A DNA stretch of 64,000 nucleotides from Chrysomallon squamiferum (lineage: Eukaryota; Animalia; Mollusca): assembly GCA_012295275.1 (NCBI GenBank), contig CM022676.1, forward strand, positions 9,176,001 to 9,240,000. Direction: 5' to 3'. A program made the position numbers and the translations under genes. Shown in pieces: positions 28,481 through 41,650 of the stretch; the stretch's first letter is position 1; every line of letters starts with the position of its first letter. Under the pieces are notes generated by a model. The model was not told where the DNA came from, searched no databases, and saw only the letters and a list, made by a program, of their open reading frames with translations.

Positions 28481-30632
28481 ACATTTATTTCACTGCATTT
28501 GTTTTAAATAAACAATTAGGTTTGGCAGTGTGTCTACAGAAAAATCAGTAATAAGAAAAATCTTTGTTTCTAACGAAAAGAAAAACTTACCTTTTAGACA
28601 CGTCACCTTCGTCACTGCTTCGTTTTCTGTAGACGAAATAAGTGTTTCAGGGAAGATAACTCTTATACATTGATCCTTACACCATTAAGAAGTTTAACAT
28701 AATTATTTTTTCGACTGAAATTAAATATTTATAATGAGAATAATCCTCGGAAGTGCCTTGATATAACTGACAGTTACATTATTATTATTATTAGTCGTAG
28801 TCGTAGTAGTAGTAGTAGTATTGTTATTATTATCTATTTTGTTAATAGCAATGTTTTTAATAGAAATTAGAAATTATAATTATTGTGTTTCTATTTTTCT
28901 GATAACATGAGTGTGTATATATATTTTATTCATCTCTTAATTACACTGAGAGAGCGAGAAAAGGTTAATATTACAAGCGGCTTTTATTTTTGTTATATTA
29001 TTATTGTTGTTATTATTATCATTTAGTTACTCATTTCATTTATTTTTTCAATCAATTTTTTTTATTTTAAAACTAACTGTACTGATATATAAATAAAACC
29101 ACCACATACGGATTTGAAAAACTAAATGTGATTGGGATGATTAATAAACATAATCATCGTATCACCGTTTTCTCTCTTCTCATACATCTATATCAATCTA
29201 GTTTCGAAATACTTAACTTCAACCGAACATTTAGTTTTGAATCCATATTGATATTATTTCACCACTTTCTAGAATTACGTGAGAATGGTCAAGTAGTTTT
29301 ATTACAGATTACTGAAACCTGGATTTATTGTTAATAATAACAAAAATAATCATGTAAGTTTGATTGATGTAATAATAAAAACGTTTATTATTAATGATGT
29401 GAAGAAACGAGAACAAAGAAACAACTTTCCCGCCTAAATACAATCCTGAATCCACTTTCCTCGCCGCCTTTCCATTGCCCTGATCGAGGATATAAACAAT
29501 GCTTAACTACCTAACAAACTGTTATTTGTTTCGAACTGATATGACAGTTAATATTAAATAGCAAGTTAATTAACGTTTACTTACTAGATTGCTATATATT
29601 CAGCAGGTTACACCTTTTCAATCCAAATTAGCGTTAAACTGTTTGTAAAAGCGCAGTGTAGGTTGACCAACGTGTTGCTATTTATAGATTTATAATGGCA
29701 TAGATAAAACTAGTCCTGATTATAGTATCGGTCTACCTTCGTTAATTACATACGAATTAAAATATAATTTCGGGTTTTAATGTAATTTATTTAAACATAA
29801 TAACTTAAGTTTTGATTTAAATTACGTTAAAATATTTTTAACTAAAAAACAAAATAAAAATAATATAGTTTTTAAATAATTTTAGGAAAGAATACGTAAT
29901 TTGTTCATAGATTGGTTATTAATTGCAATATATTAAATGCAATGGTAAAGATTTTAAAATATTTTACCAAAAACCGCGAAAAGAGAAATATAAATGGGCA
30001 TATCTCAATATTGCACCAACAATATAATTTATTTTTGAGAAATATTAGTAAGCTAAACTAATAATCATCTTTCCTTAGATTATAAATTACGTAACACAAA
30101 ATTAACTACTTAACTACTTAAATAATTAATATTCTTTATCCACTTTTTTTTTTTTTTTTTTTTTTTTTAGTTATCTAAGTAGTCTCGTTATGCCATTGAT
30201 AAAAGGGGCGGGGTTTAAAGCGTATCATAAACTTGAGTGACATCTGCATTGTAAAATAGATACGAAAGGACGGAAATGGGCGGATAACCTAACCTAATAA
30301 TATTTAAAACATTTCTTCCATTTTTTTCTCTTTTCATTATTTTTCCCCTCAAAATTCTGTTTTATTTAAATTCATTCTACTAAAAAAAATAAGAAGAAGA
30401 AATAAGTAATAACTAATAACAGCTAATGACAGAAATTAATTCATTAATCAGTATTTTCAAATTTGTTTAAAAAATAAGAAGCATCAGTGAAATGATTGAA
30501 ACTCCTTTTTTTTTTCAAAGAAAATAAACAAATATAGAAATTAAAACTTTTAACCTTGTTTCTAAGTTTTGTTTCATGTAAATGACTGTCTTAGAATTTT
30601 ACTGAGTAAAATTTCGGAATAAACAAAAATAT

Positions 30633-30710
<78 letters not shown>

Positions 30711-30893
30711 TATCATCATCTGTACAAACGCTAACTCAAGCACGAAATACACACACACACACACAAACGTATACACACGACGTATTCTAATATAAATGTA
30801 ATTACGTCACCATATATTTTATTACATTATCGTGTACACAAAGACTACGTTTTTTTCTTTCTTACAACTTTCTGTATTCTTCCATTGAACCTT

Positions 30894-30968
<75 letters not shown>

Positions 30969-32044
30969 ATTCATTCATTCAGTCAGTCAGTCATTCACTC
31001 TGTATTAATGGTTTATTGTAGTGGTTACATATAATTGAGACATCTGTATAAAGTGGTGTGCATATTGTCTGGTTATGCCAGGGTCAGCTCCTTGATTGTG
31101 TATCCAAAAGACACAAGTATAAGGCCTACTATTATGAAACTTATTATGAGAAAGGAAGATATTTTGAATATGCAAACCCAGATGAAACACAAAATAAACA
31201 CTTTATCTGATTTAAGTATAAATCAACCAAATTTATTAAGTTCTTTCTTTGATTGGATCCCTCCCCCCCCCGTCTGGATGCCCGGGGCTCTGCACGCGCC
31301 ACTGTTTGTATGATTATTCCCGTTCCTGCCACAGCTCCATTTACTGTACCAAAGTAGAGGAATGTACTGATATCTGTAGAAAGGCGTGCATAATTATACC
31401 CATGTGTCTATGTGTGTGTTTTTAAACACACACATGAGTACACGCCCATACAAATTCATTAACAAGCACATACATACATACATACACATATGCACAATGC
31501 ACACATACACACGAGACATCCTGTATATAAGTACATATGTGTAAGTACACATACATACATAAATAAAATCATTGATAGAAACAGATAGATGTACTTAGAT
31601 TAAACACATATATTCATACACATATATATATATATATATATCTATATAATCTGTACATATATATACATACATTCAAATATATACATATTTTTATCTATCT
31701 ATCTATCTATCTATTTATCTGTGTGTGTGTGTGTTTGTATAATCATCATCATCTTCATTACTGTATATTTTTTACACATAATACTCATTTTGCCATTAAA
31801 CAAAGCTGGATTTTTCCTTATTTAATTTTTTAATTTTTTTTTTTATTTATTTATTTATTTTTTAATTTAAAACAGCAACTAATTTACAGCAAATAGTGAA
31901 CAATTTTGTTTTTGTTTTGTAATTTTCTATTTATTTTGGGGTTATTTGTTTGTTTGATTTGGTTACTTGTACATATTGTATTTTATTTTATTATTATTAT
32001 CATCATCATCATCATTTTAATTTTTTTTTTTTTAATTTATTGAC

Positions 32045-32082
<38 letters not shown>

Positions 32083-32388
32083 TTTTTTTTTTGTTAATTA
32101 TTAATTTTTGTTAAAATTTAAAAAAAAAAAAAAACTGCCTTTTAATACTTTATTTTTATCTTATTTCTAATTCGATGTAAATAAGAGAAAATAAATAAAA
32201 TACGGTTTAATCTCTATCACTAGTTAATTTCCTTTCCTAAATAGTTTTAAAATACTCAGTTTTAATCACATTACTATTTTTGAAAAATTACTCAGTCTTT
32301 TGATGTTTTTGTTCTAATGATGTTATTGGAAACGCACAATTGTTCCATTTGTGTAGAAAATAGTATACAAAATTGGCGCTGAAGCAAC

Positions 32389-32556
32389 ATGGCGAGGTTA
32401 CGATTTCCAGGGCGTCCCGGGTATAGATTTGATCGTCAAGGAATTAGATATGGCGCCGATGAAGTGGAAAATCTTAAGGATCCAAGTTTAGCAATTGTAG
32501 CATATATTCATCAAGGATTGCGCCAGTTTAGAGAACTTTTTGGAGAATCTGATGAG
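32389..32556 (+). CDS. KMT2A: KMT2A/trx exon 1 (menin-binding motif)
   Basis: MARLRFPGRPG...GLRQFRELFGESDE then gtagtg donor. Confidence 0.9.
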
Positions 32557-35500
32557 GTAGTGTACTCCGATATCCGTCTTCCTGGTTCAAAATGGCCGAC
32601 ATCGGAGTTTTTAGATATAGCAATGATGTTAACATTTAAATTACTTATTTAATCATTTGATGATTTAAGCTTCTGTATGTGAGTTAGCATCCTCTAAATT
32701 CTTTTTCACTTAAATATAATAAATATATTACATGTTACAGCTTTATTGCAAAAATATTTTCAAAATAAAATAGCATATTTACGGTCAATATTTCCAAGAT
32801 GGCGTTCTTTCAGTCATTTGTCTGACGAAACTCATTCTAGCGTTACTTCGTTGAAGAAAATTATTGACAGTTACTTATGATGATGTATTTCATTCTAGGA
32901 CGTAAAGTATATAATAATTTTAGAATGACATTGCAAGAATGTTGTAATTCTGTAACAACATAACCATATTAATATGAATAATATATATATTTTATCTTAT
33001 GATATTTTTTAAAAACTTTTGTTGGTTTGATAATATTACCAATTAATACATTTTTCACAAGACTGCATACTTTTTATTATTATTATTATGTAAACAAAAT
33101 CATCAACTGCACATAAAAGTATTTGACATGAAAGAACAATGTTATACGAGTAAAGTTGTTGTAACAATTGTAAAAAAACAATAATAATAATAATAATATA
33201 TAATGTCATTAACCTTTTACTGGTGATACTAAGTGCAAACAGTGAACCGAGCTTAATTTTCTGAATTTTGATATTATTCCCAAATTATTTAATTGTATAC
33301 AGTTTTCTTGGAAGGATAAACTTTTTAAGCTAAATATTTTTAACATTGGAATATATCTGATAAAGGATGTAATTATTCACTCAGTAGATGGTATTTTCGG
33401 CTATTTCATAAAAAAGATAAAGCAAGAATGTATGTGTATTTTAGATCTAATCTTTTTGTTAGCGATAAAAATCATTTGAATAATTTTAATTAATCTCTAA
33501 TTTGTCTATCATTTTAATATTTTGAACAGAGACAGCATTCAAATATGTAACCAGATTTTTTAAGTCATTAAATTAAAATTGACACTGCTGCTATGCTTTT
33601 ATTGTACGTGGATCTAGGAGCCCTGACATTTACATAGAATTATGTTATTTTACTCTACACATTATTTGAAACACCAAGTAATACTAACAGATGATAAAAC
33701 TACAATATTCTGGCATGCTTCATGCCACCATAAGACTTTGAAATTAACTTTTCAGAGAATTTTCTTCACTGTTTTGATAAAAGCCAGTCTTTAAGATTAG
33801 ACTAACTGAACTCTCAGATTAACATTGTTTGTAATTACTTCTAAAATGATCAGTTAAACTTTATTGAATGCATCTATTATTTAAAAAAAAAAAAAAATAT
33901 ATATATATATATTTTTTGCACAGGAAGATGAATTCGAAGGATTTATGTCTCGAGATTATAGACGAAATGAGAGAAGACTATCATCCATTTTGGAGCTTAA
34001 AAATTCCGAGGGTTCTGCAAAGCATTCTGGGACAGTGGGTACACGTTTTGCAAAAGCTAAGGATTCTATTGCTGCTTTACCCACCTCTGAGAGGACTCGA
34101 AGCCAAATGAAAATTGTCATAAGACAATCGTACAAACAGCTTATAACTAGCGGTTTGGCCAAGCCAGCCAAGTCACACACTGTTGGTTCTGCCAAAGATG
34201 CACAAGAAGTAAAATCCAGCACATCACCACAGGAGAAACGAAAGATGAAGATACTGCGCATAAAAATGATCCAGAAAAGAGCAAAGAGACTGGTCAAAAA
34301 TAAAGTTGGAAGACCCCCGTCAGTTAATGTGATAAAAGAAATCAGAAAAAGGGGCAGACCACCAAAAGTGCCTGTTCCTGAAACAATAGCAAATAAAATA
34401 AGAGAATCACAAAAACCAGCTAAACCTGATAAAAAGGTTGTTAAGCAGTTAATCCTTAAAGCTAAAGGTAAATTAGCTAAGCCTGTTGTACCTAAAGTCA
34501 AGCTGCCCAAACCTTCTGTTCCAGAGGAAGCAAAACCTATACAGACTTCTCCACTGAAGAGTTTGACACCTCAGGGGAGCAAACTCCCCATGCATGGCAA
34601 GAAATTTGTGTTACCAGTGATGAGTTCTCGATCTTCGCGAATTATAATACCAAACAAACGTTTTCTTCACGATGAAGGTTTCAGTAGTGCGTTATTGTCA
34701 AAAACTTCAAAAGCTCGGAAAAAATCAAGCTCATTCAGCAGTCCTTCAGAAAAGAAAAAATTAAAGCTGTCTTCTCCAAAATCGAGTGAAATGGAACAGA
34801 CAGTCAGTCCAGTTACGAAGTTCAAACTGAAATCGAAAATGCAGAATTCCGTTGGTGTCGGGGAATCACCAGTGTCTGGCTGCGCATCACCAGGAACGCC
34901 AGATGTGCCAGCTCAGGATGAGAAAAAGAAAGGATTAAAACAAAGGATGAAAACCGTGGCTACGGAACCTCAGAGTACCTGTTCACAGAGCACAGGTACT
35001 GTTGGTTCGGAGACTGGCGTGGATGTTGGAATTGAATGTAACATCAACGTCAGCGATGACGAAGAATCAAAATCATCCGACATCTTCCCACGGAGTCCAT
35101 TGGCTCCATCAAAACTTGAAGTGTTCAACCGAGCCGGACCAATGTCTCTACCAGGGTACAACCGACAACGATTCGATTCGGCAGCTTACAAAAGTCGAGA
35201 TTTCCTCCGAAAAGCCAAACTTCAGCTGAACCGAACGACGCTGAATCGGTCAAAAGCTGCCTTGGCGCGATCCTTGAAGGCGAAGATGAAGCGAGAAGCC
35301 AAAGTCGAAGAACAAAGGGAGAGAATGCGACAGTTTTCGCCGTCTTCGCCTACCAGTCCAATAAAGTTGTCTCCTCTTGGGTCTGCCAGATCATTGTCTG
35401 ATTCGCCACTCAGTCCGTCCAGGATATTTGACACTGGTCAGAGTTTGGCCAAAGAACAGACCTTTGGTAAGTCACAGTGTGGTAACAGAGAGACAGAAAT

Positions 35501-38500
35501 GTATTGTTTTTAACCCTTTCAACACAGGTGGAATAAATATAACCAAACAAATAAAACAAAAAAACACAACAACAAAAAACAAACCCTATACAAATGGACA
35601 CTATTTTTAACCATCTCACTTTTTTTAATCAGTAATATTCTGCTCATTTAATATTTAGCAAATCAGCTTGTAGGTGAACAAAAAACCAATACAACAAATT
35701 TTGCCCTCTTTTGCTTTGGTAGATCAGAGTATTATGGGGTGTGGTTGCTTGGGGGTTCGAAGCTTTTAATGGTGGAATTAAACAGAGTCAGATTTTTTAA
35801 AAATATTACTGGTCTGTTTGTGAAAGAGTAAAACACTTTTTAACCTAAATGAATTTATTTACTCATATTTTTTAATTTTTTTATTTTTTTAAAATCTAAA
35901 TGAACGATATTTAACCTAAATCATTCTTAACCTGAATTGTAATTCTCCACATTGTCTCCTCAGGTCAGAGCCCAGCTCTGAAAGCAGGAACCCAAAGTGG
36001 TTCCAAGGTGAGCAAACAACTGGCATTTGAATCTAAATGTGCAATATGTGGTGATCCAAGTCTGATCGCACGCACAGGACTGTACTATGGAATCCCCAGC
36101 TGTTATGGATGTTCACAGTTCTATCGAAAAGAAGTAGGTTTGGGATCCAGATTTGTTTGCAGCAAAGCAGGTTAGCAATTGTTTTTCTGTTTGTAAATTT
36201 TTTTTCACTTGGATAATGAACTTTAATGATCGTAGATAAGAACTTCATATGAAGAAGTATTGTTTTCCTGGATTAGAAATTAATTTGAAATGAAAGGATC
36301 CTGGGTGACAAATGCTTCAGGTATTGTGATCCTGGGTTATAAACTTACTGAGCATAATGATCCTTGATACAAAACTTGTATGAAGTATAGTCAGTTGAAG
36401 TATGTAAGCCATCTTTTTTTTTTTTTTTTTTTTTAAACTTTCTAAGTAACTTTAGCAAGCAGTATAGCAGTCACTACTTTCACTTCGACATACATGTTTG
36501 TCAGTCTGTAGTGTATTGTTTTTTCTTTTTTTATTTATATTTTTAAAAAAAAAAAATCGAATACACTGTTTGGGTACTGACTGCTTCAACCTTGTGTTGT
36601 TAAATGGTTGTACACATCTTAACAGTGAAGACACTGAAAAGATAAATTTCTTTAGAACAAAACTGGTACTTATCACTTGCTTTCTTGTTTTTAATTTTTT
36701 TTAATTTCCTAAAATTAAGAAATTTAATTTTCAGGTAACTGTGAAATATCAAAGCAGACAAAAAGAAAATGTCTGGCCTGCTGGTTCCACAAATGTGAGA
36801 CCTTTTACCCAGCTGCTGATAAGATGAAACAACAGTACAGTCCAGAGAAAGCTAGAAAGTCTTTACCCGAGTCTAAAATGACACCACTGGCTTTGGATCT
36901 GAGTGGTCAAGGTAGATAATTATTAATATCATGATGTATATTATTGTTATTTCGCCCCTTTTTTTTTTAAAGATCATTCTTAAGTACTATCAAACTTCCA
37001 ATCTTAAGTAGTATCTCATTCCTAAGGTAGATAATTATTTTATTACAGCTTTGTAAATACGTGTTTCTGGGAATTATCTCCCTTGGAGCTGTGGTAGATG
37101 CAGGTACACCACTGATTTTCCCACATTCTTGGTTCCAATGCCTTGCTAGATTAACTGGGTCTTTTTTTTTTGCCAGATCAACCACGGTCATGTAATAACA
37201 ATTCACGAAACACACCTCTAACCCACCGACTGCACATCTCTCGTGTGTCGAAAGTACACCAGAAATTTAAATTAAATTAAATAAATAAATGAAAGAAAGA
37301 CAAGTGCTTGTACAGCAGTACAGTTGATGAACCAGTTCAATCTAGATGTCACAGAGCTTTCACACCAAAACACCATGGTCCCATCATGTTGTTGTTTTGG
37401 TTTTTTTGTTCTACTTTGACACCCTGACACTCTCATTTATCTTTGCAGACATGGCTAGGATAAAAATTCTATCAAAATAAGCTTAGAATTTCATGGAACT
37501 GCGGTATCATCAACAAGTGCAGTGTCGAAAATGTAAATAAGCATGCACTACACAGAACGCTATCTGTGGCTGCCCAGCAAACTAGTCTGGATGCTGTGGA
37601 AATTTCAGGTTCACTCGCATTATTTTGTCTGGTCTAAAGGAGGTGCTGGACCATCAGCTGTTGGCAATACAGTGGTGTACCTGAAATTAATTTAATGTTG
37701 TAAATATCTCTCGTTCCTAGAATTATGTTCTTTGATAGATAATTTGTAACTAGTGTTGTAAATACTTAACCTTCCCAAAAATTATCTTCTTTGATGGAAG
37801 GGAGATAATTCTTAATTAGTATTGGAAATACTTAAAATTTCCAAACTTTTTATTAGTTCTCTTTTTATTTATGACAAGGGAGATAATCCTTAATTAGTGT
37901 TGTAAATACATACCATTTCCAAAATTATTCTTTGATGACAAGGGAGATAATTCTTAATTAGTGTTATAAATACTTAGCATTTCCAAAATTATCTTCTTGT
38001 TAAATACATTTTGAGAGGAGATGATTTTTAACCATGTGCTGTACATCACAGTTTTGGTGCCTCTCATTTTAAATTTACAAAAATAGGACCATTGTTCATT
38101 TCCATTTTTGCTCAAAGCATTAAAAGTTCTTTTCACTTCCCCAAAACCTCCTTGCAGTATTTAAGTAGTCAGGGTACATAATCGTTAATTTAGTCAGTTG
38201 CATTCGTTTTGCCTCAGAATGATCTCCCTTGATCATAAGTGCTGAAATTAGTTGATTGTTAACCTTTTGTTTTTATTCTCCAAATTATCATCTCACTGGG
38301 ATATAAGTGGTCCAAATAGGTAATTATTATTGAATAAATTTAATACCAACACTTGTTACCACAGGATAACCCTTTCTGGATTGGAATCACTGTGGTAAAT
38401 AAATGTTACCTAATTATATTAACTTTTTCTCCATAGTACAGTTGACCTTTCATTTCAAGCTCATGATTGATGATTGTTAATCTCAACACATATTATCTTT

Positions 38501-39953
38501 TCATTAACAAACTAATTTTACTTTCAACATACTTAATATTCACAGAATGATATAATTTATTACAAATCAGATTTGATTTGGTTCCTGTTGACCGATAAAG
38601 CCCATGACAGTCCAGTAGTTCAAACTTGTCAGATTGAAATACTTAAATAAAAGCTTTAATTTCAAGGAGACTGTTCAAAAGGTCACTAAAAATTCCATTC
38701 TCTGTGACAAACTGACCAAATGTTTCCATTAATAATGAATTCTGATGATAAAATTCAAATAAGTAATGCACACATTTGGCATCTTTTAATGCTGCGTTGA
38801 ATGTTTAATATTTCCTACTCGTGCTGCATACAGAATTGTCTGGTAAATAAGTGGTTGTTCTGTGTATAGTATGCATGTCACATCTAGGCTGTGGTAATTT
38901 AACATTGTCTGTTCAGACAGTGTGTCCTGCTAGGCAGTATATGAACCCTCTCTTTCTTCACTCATCCAAAACATCTTTATTTTCATTTAATTTTTATGTA
39001 CAACTGTCACTGCTTTCCTTCACATTATGTATATTGTCTACTTGTTATGTTCAGTCTGGTCTTTTTTGCTTTATTCGTCTGTTTAAATGGCCTTTTTTTT
39101 TTCTTTTTTTTTTTTCCATTTAACCATGTTTTCTTTTCATTGTATTTGTCCCTTCAGATTATCTTTCTTTTCATTAGTCAGTTCAAACAGTCTTTCATTT
39201 TGATTTATCCATCTGTTCAAACAGTTATTTATTTAATTTTATTTATCCTTTCAGCCAAGTTATCTTTTCATATGTCCATATAACTTTTAATTCTTTCAGT
39301 TCACACATCCTTCATTTTTTTTTTTTTTTTTTATCTCTTCATTTTATTTACCAATGTTTCTTATTAATTTATTTTAGATCATCATCAACCATTGATTTAG
39401 TTACTGACCTTTTCAGTTTATGCAACCATTTTATTTTACCAGCATTTGCGTTCAATTTATTTTCAGATAATCATCAACCTTCAGCTTATTCCCCTGGCTC
39501 CTTAACATTTGGGGTATCAACCCCAGCAAGATCTCCAGGAGCTGGTTTTTCTCCTACGTACGTCTCGGCTCCTGGCGTGTCCACGTCTGCCAGCATGTCT
39601 CCTTCGTTTCTTCAGAGTCCCGATTCAACCCCAGACAAATCGCCTTCAAAAGGGCAGGCAGGGGACGTGCGAGGCCCGAGGATCAAGCACGTTTGTCGTA
39701 GGGCGGCCATGGTGTTGAAAAAACCCGTGGCCAAGTTCCCCACACCCCGTCTTTGAGACTCAGTGCCTTGCCCAGCCTGGAGAAAGAGAAAATATTCCGC
39801 GCTGACAGAGATGCCAAAGCAAATGGTGAGTTTCGATTATTATGTAATATCTTCTTTTTTTTTCTCTCTCGTGTATTTGTGTGTGTATTTTATTTTATTA
39901 CGATAATAGGTTGTTTTTTGTTTTTTTTTATATATATATATATTATTTTATTG

Positions 39954-39984
<31 letters not shown>

Positions 39985-40729
39985 GAAGGAGGAGTTATTT
40001 GTTTTCTTAATTTTTATTTTATATATTTTCATTTTTCACCTTTTTTTTTTTTTATTGTTTTTTTTTTTTTTTTTAAAAAATATTTTTATTATTATTTATT
40101 TATTTTTTTGTGACTAATTTTAGTACAGTGCCTGTCTTAATTAACAGCTGAAACATGAACTTGATACCGTATTACCTAATTATTTTACATGTTTCGATTT
40201 ATTTATTTATTTATTTATTAAATATAAATAGTATATCTGTCTTTTATAAATAGATAAACTTTAAAAATAATCCCTAAGCATCATGAGAAAGAGGTAATTA
40301 CTGTACATAAAAAGACATGATATAAAAATGTTCATTTTATTTTACATGAAAGAGTATGACAGTGTGTGTGTGTGTGTGTGTGTGTGTTTAAGAGATAATG
40401 TATTACTAAGGAAGTTTAACTTCGTGTCTATGAATTTATTTTATTTTATTATTATTATTATTTTTTTTAATTTCGCAGAATCATCTGATGATGATCGTCC
40501 AATGGAGGACATCATTAAGTCAGCAAAAAGCGATGATGTTGTTATCATTCATCGAAAACCGAAGAAGACACCAAAAAGCATTGTGCAGACTGGCAAATAC
40601 CAGCACATTGGAAAGCGCAAGCTGAGATGCAGAAACTGCGAAGGATGCAGGAAGCCTGAATGTGGGAAGTGCATATACTGCAAGTATGTTTATCCTATCT
40701 GTAAATTTTAGCCCATCGATTTATTTTTA

Positions 40730-40766
<37 letters not shown>

Positions 40767-41166
40767 TTTTTTTTTTTTTTTTTCTGTTCATTTGGGCTAG
40801 TTCGTGAAAATATGTGGTATGTGCTGTCAAAGATAAAAGATTACTTTCTGCTGAACAAAAAAGAGTAGCTTATCCAAGAGACTTCAAAGAATTAATTTCT
40901 TTATACAGCCCAAGTTTATTTTATAATTTTTTAATTTTGTTTTATTTTTTTATTTTTTTTATTTTTTTTTTTTTTTGGGAAGGGTGGTGCTTGTTATTGT
41001 TTACGTGGGTTTTTGAAAAAAAAAAAAAAAAAATTACTGAAACATTTATAATTGCTATTGTCTTCTTTATCTTTAATACAGAGACAAAACAAAAAATGGA
41101 GGTCCAAATCTAATTAAACAAGCTTGTATGTAAGTATTGTACATGAATATTTTATATTTGAGTATG

Positions 41167-41252
<86 letters not shown>

Positions 41253-41580
41253 GCTTTTTTAGTTATCAGAAATTAAGATATTTGATACTTTTGTCTGTTC
41301 ACTGAAGGACAAATTACTTTGAAAGAAAACTTGCTTTTAAATGATGTTGATAAAAGTAATAAAACGGCCAGAATTATAATAGTAATGATAGTGTCAATAA
41401 TACTAATACGGATAATATTAACAATAACAAGAATAATAAATTTGAACAAAGCAGAATCAGGAGTTTTGAGAAAGAACAAGAAAAAACCCATACCATAAAT
41501 TTGTTATAAAACAGCCAACTTGCCATTAAATTATTTTTTACATTTTTATTTTTATTTTTTTTTTTTTTTTTTTTTTAAAT

Positions 41581-41650
<70 letters not shown>

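Noticed and set aside
29400-30300. E2F-like (TTTCCCGC) and GC-box motifs suggesting another promoter
   Set aside because: Isolated short motifs with no linked exon identified.
31005-31332. Overlapping short ORFs between the BTB array and KMT2A
   Set aside because: No homology signal or consistent splice sites; ends in a MITE-like TIR.
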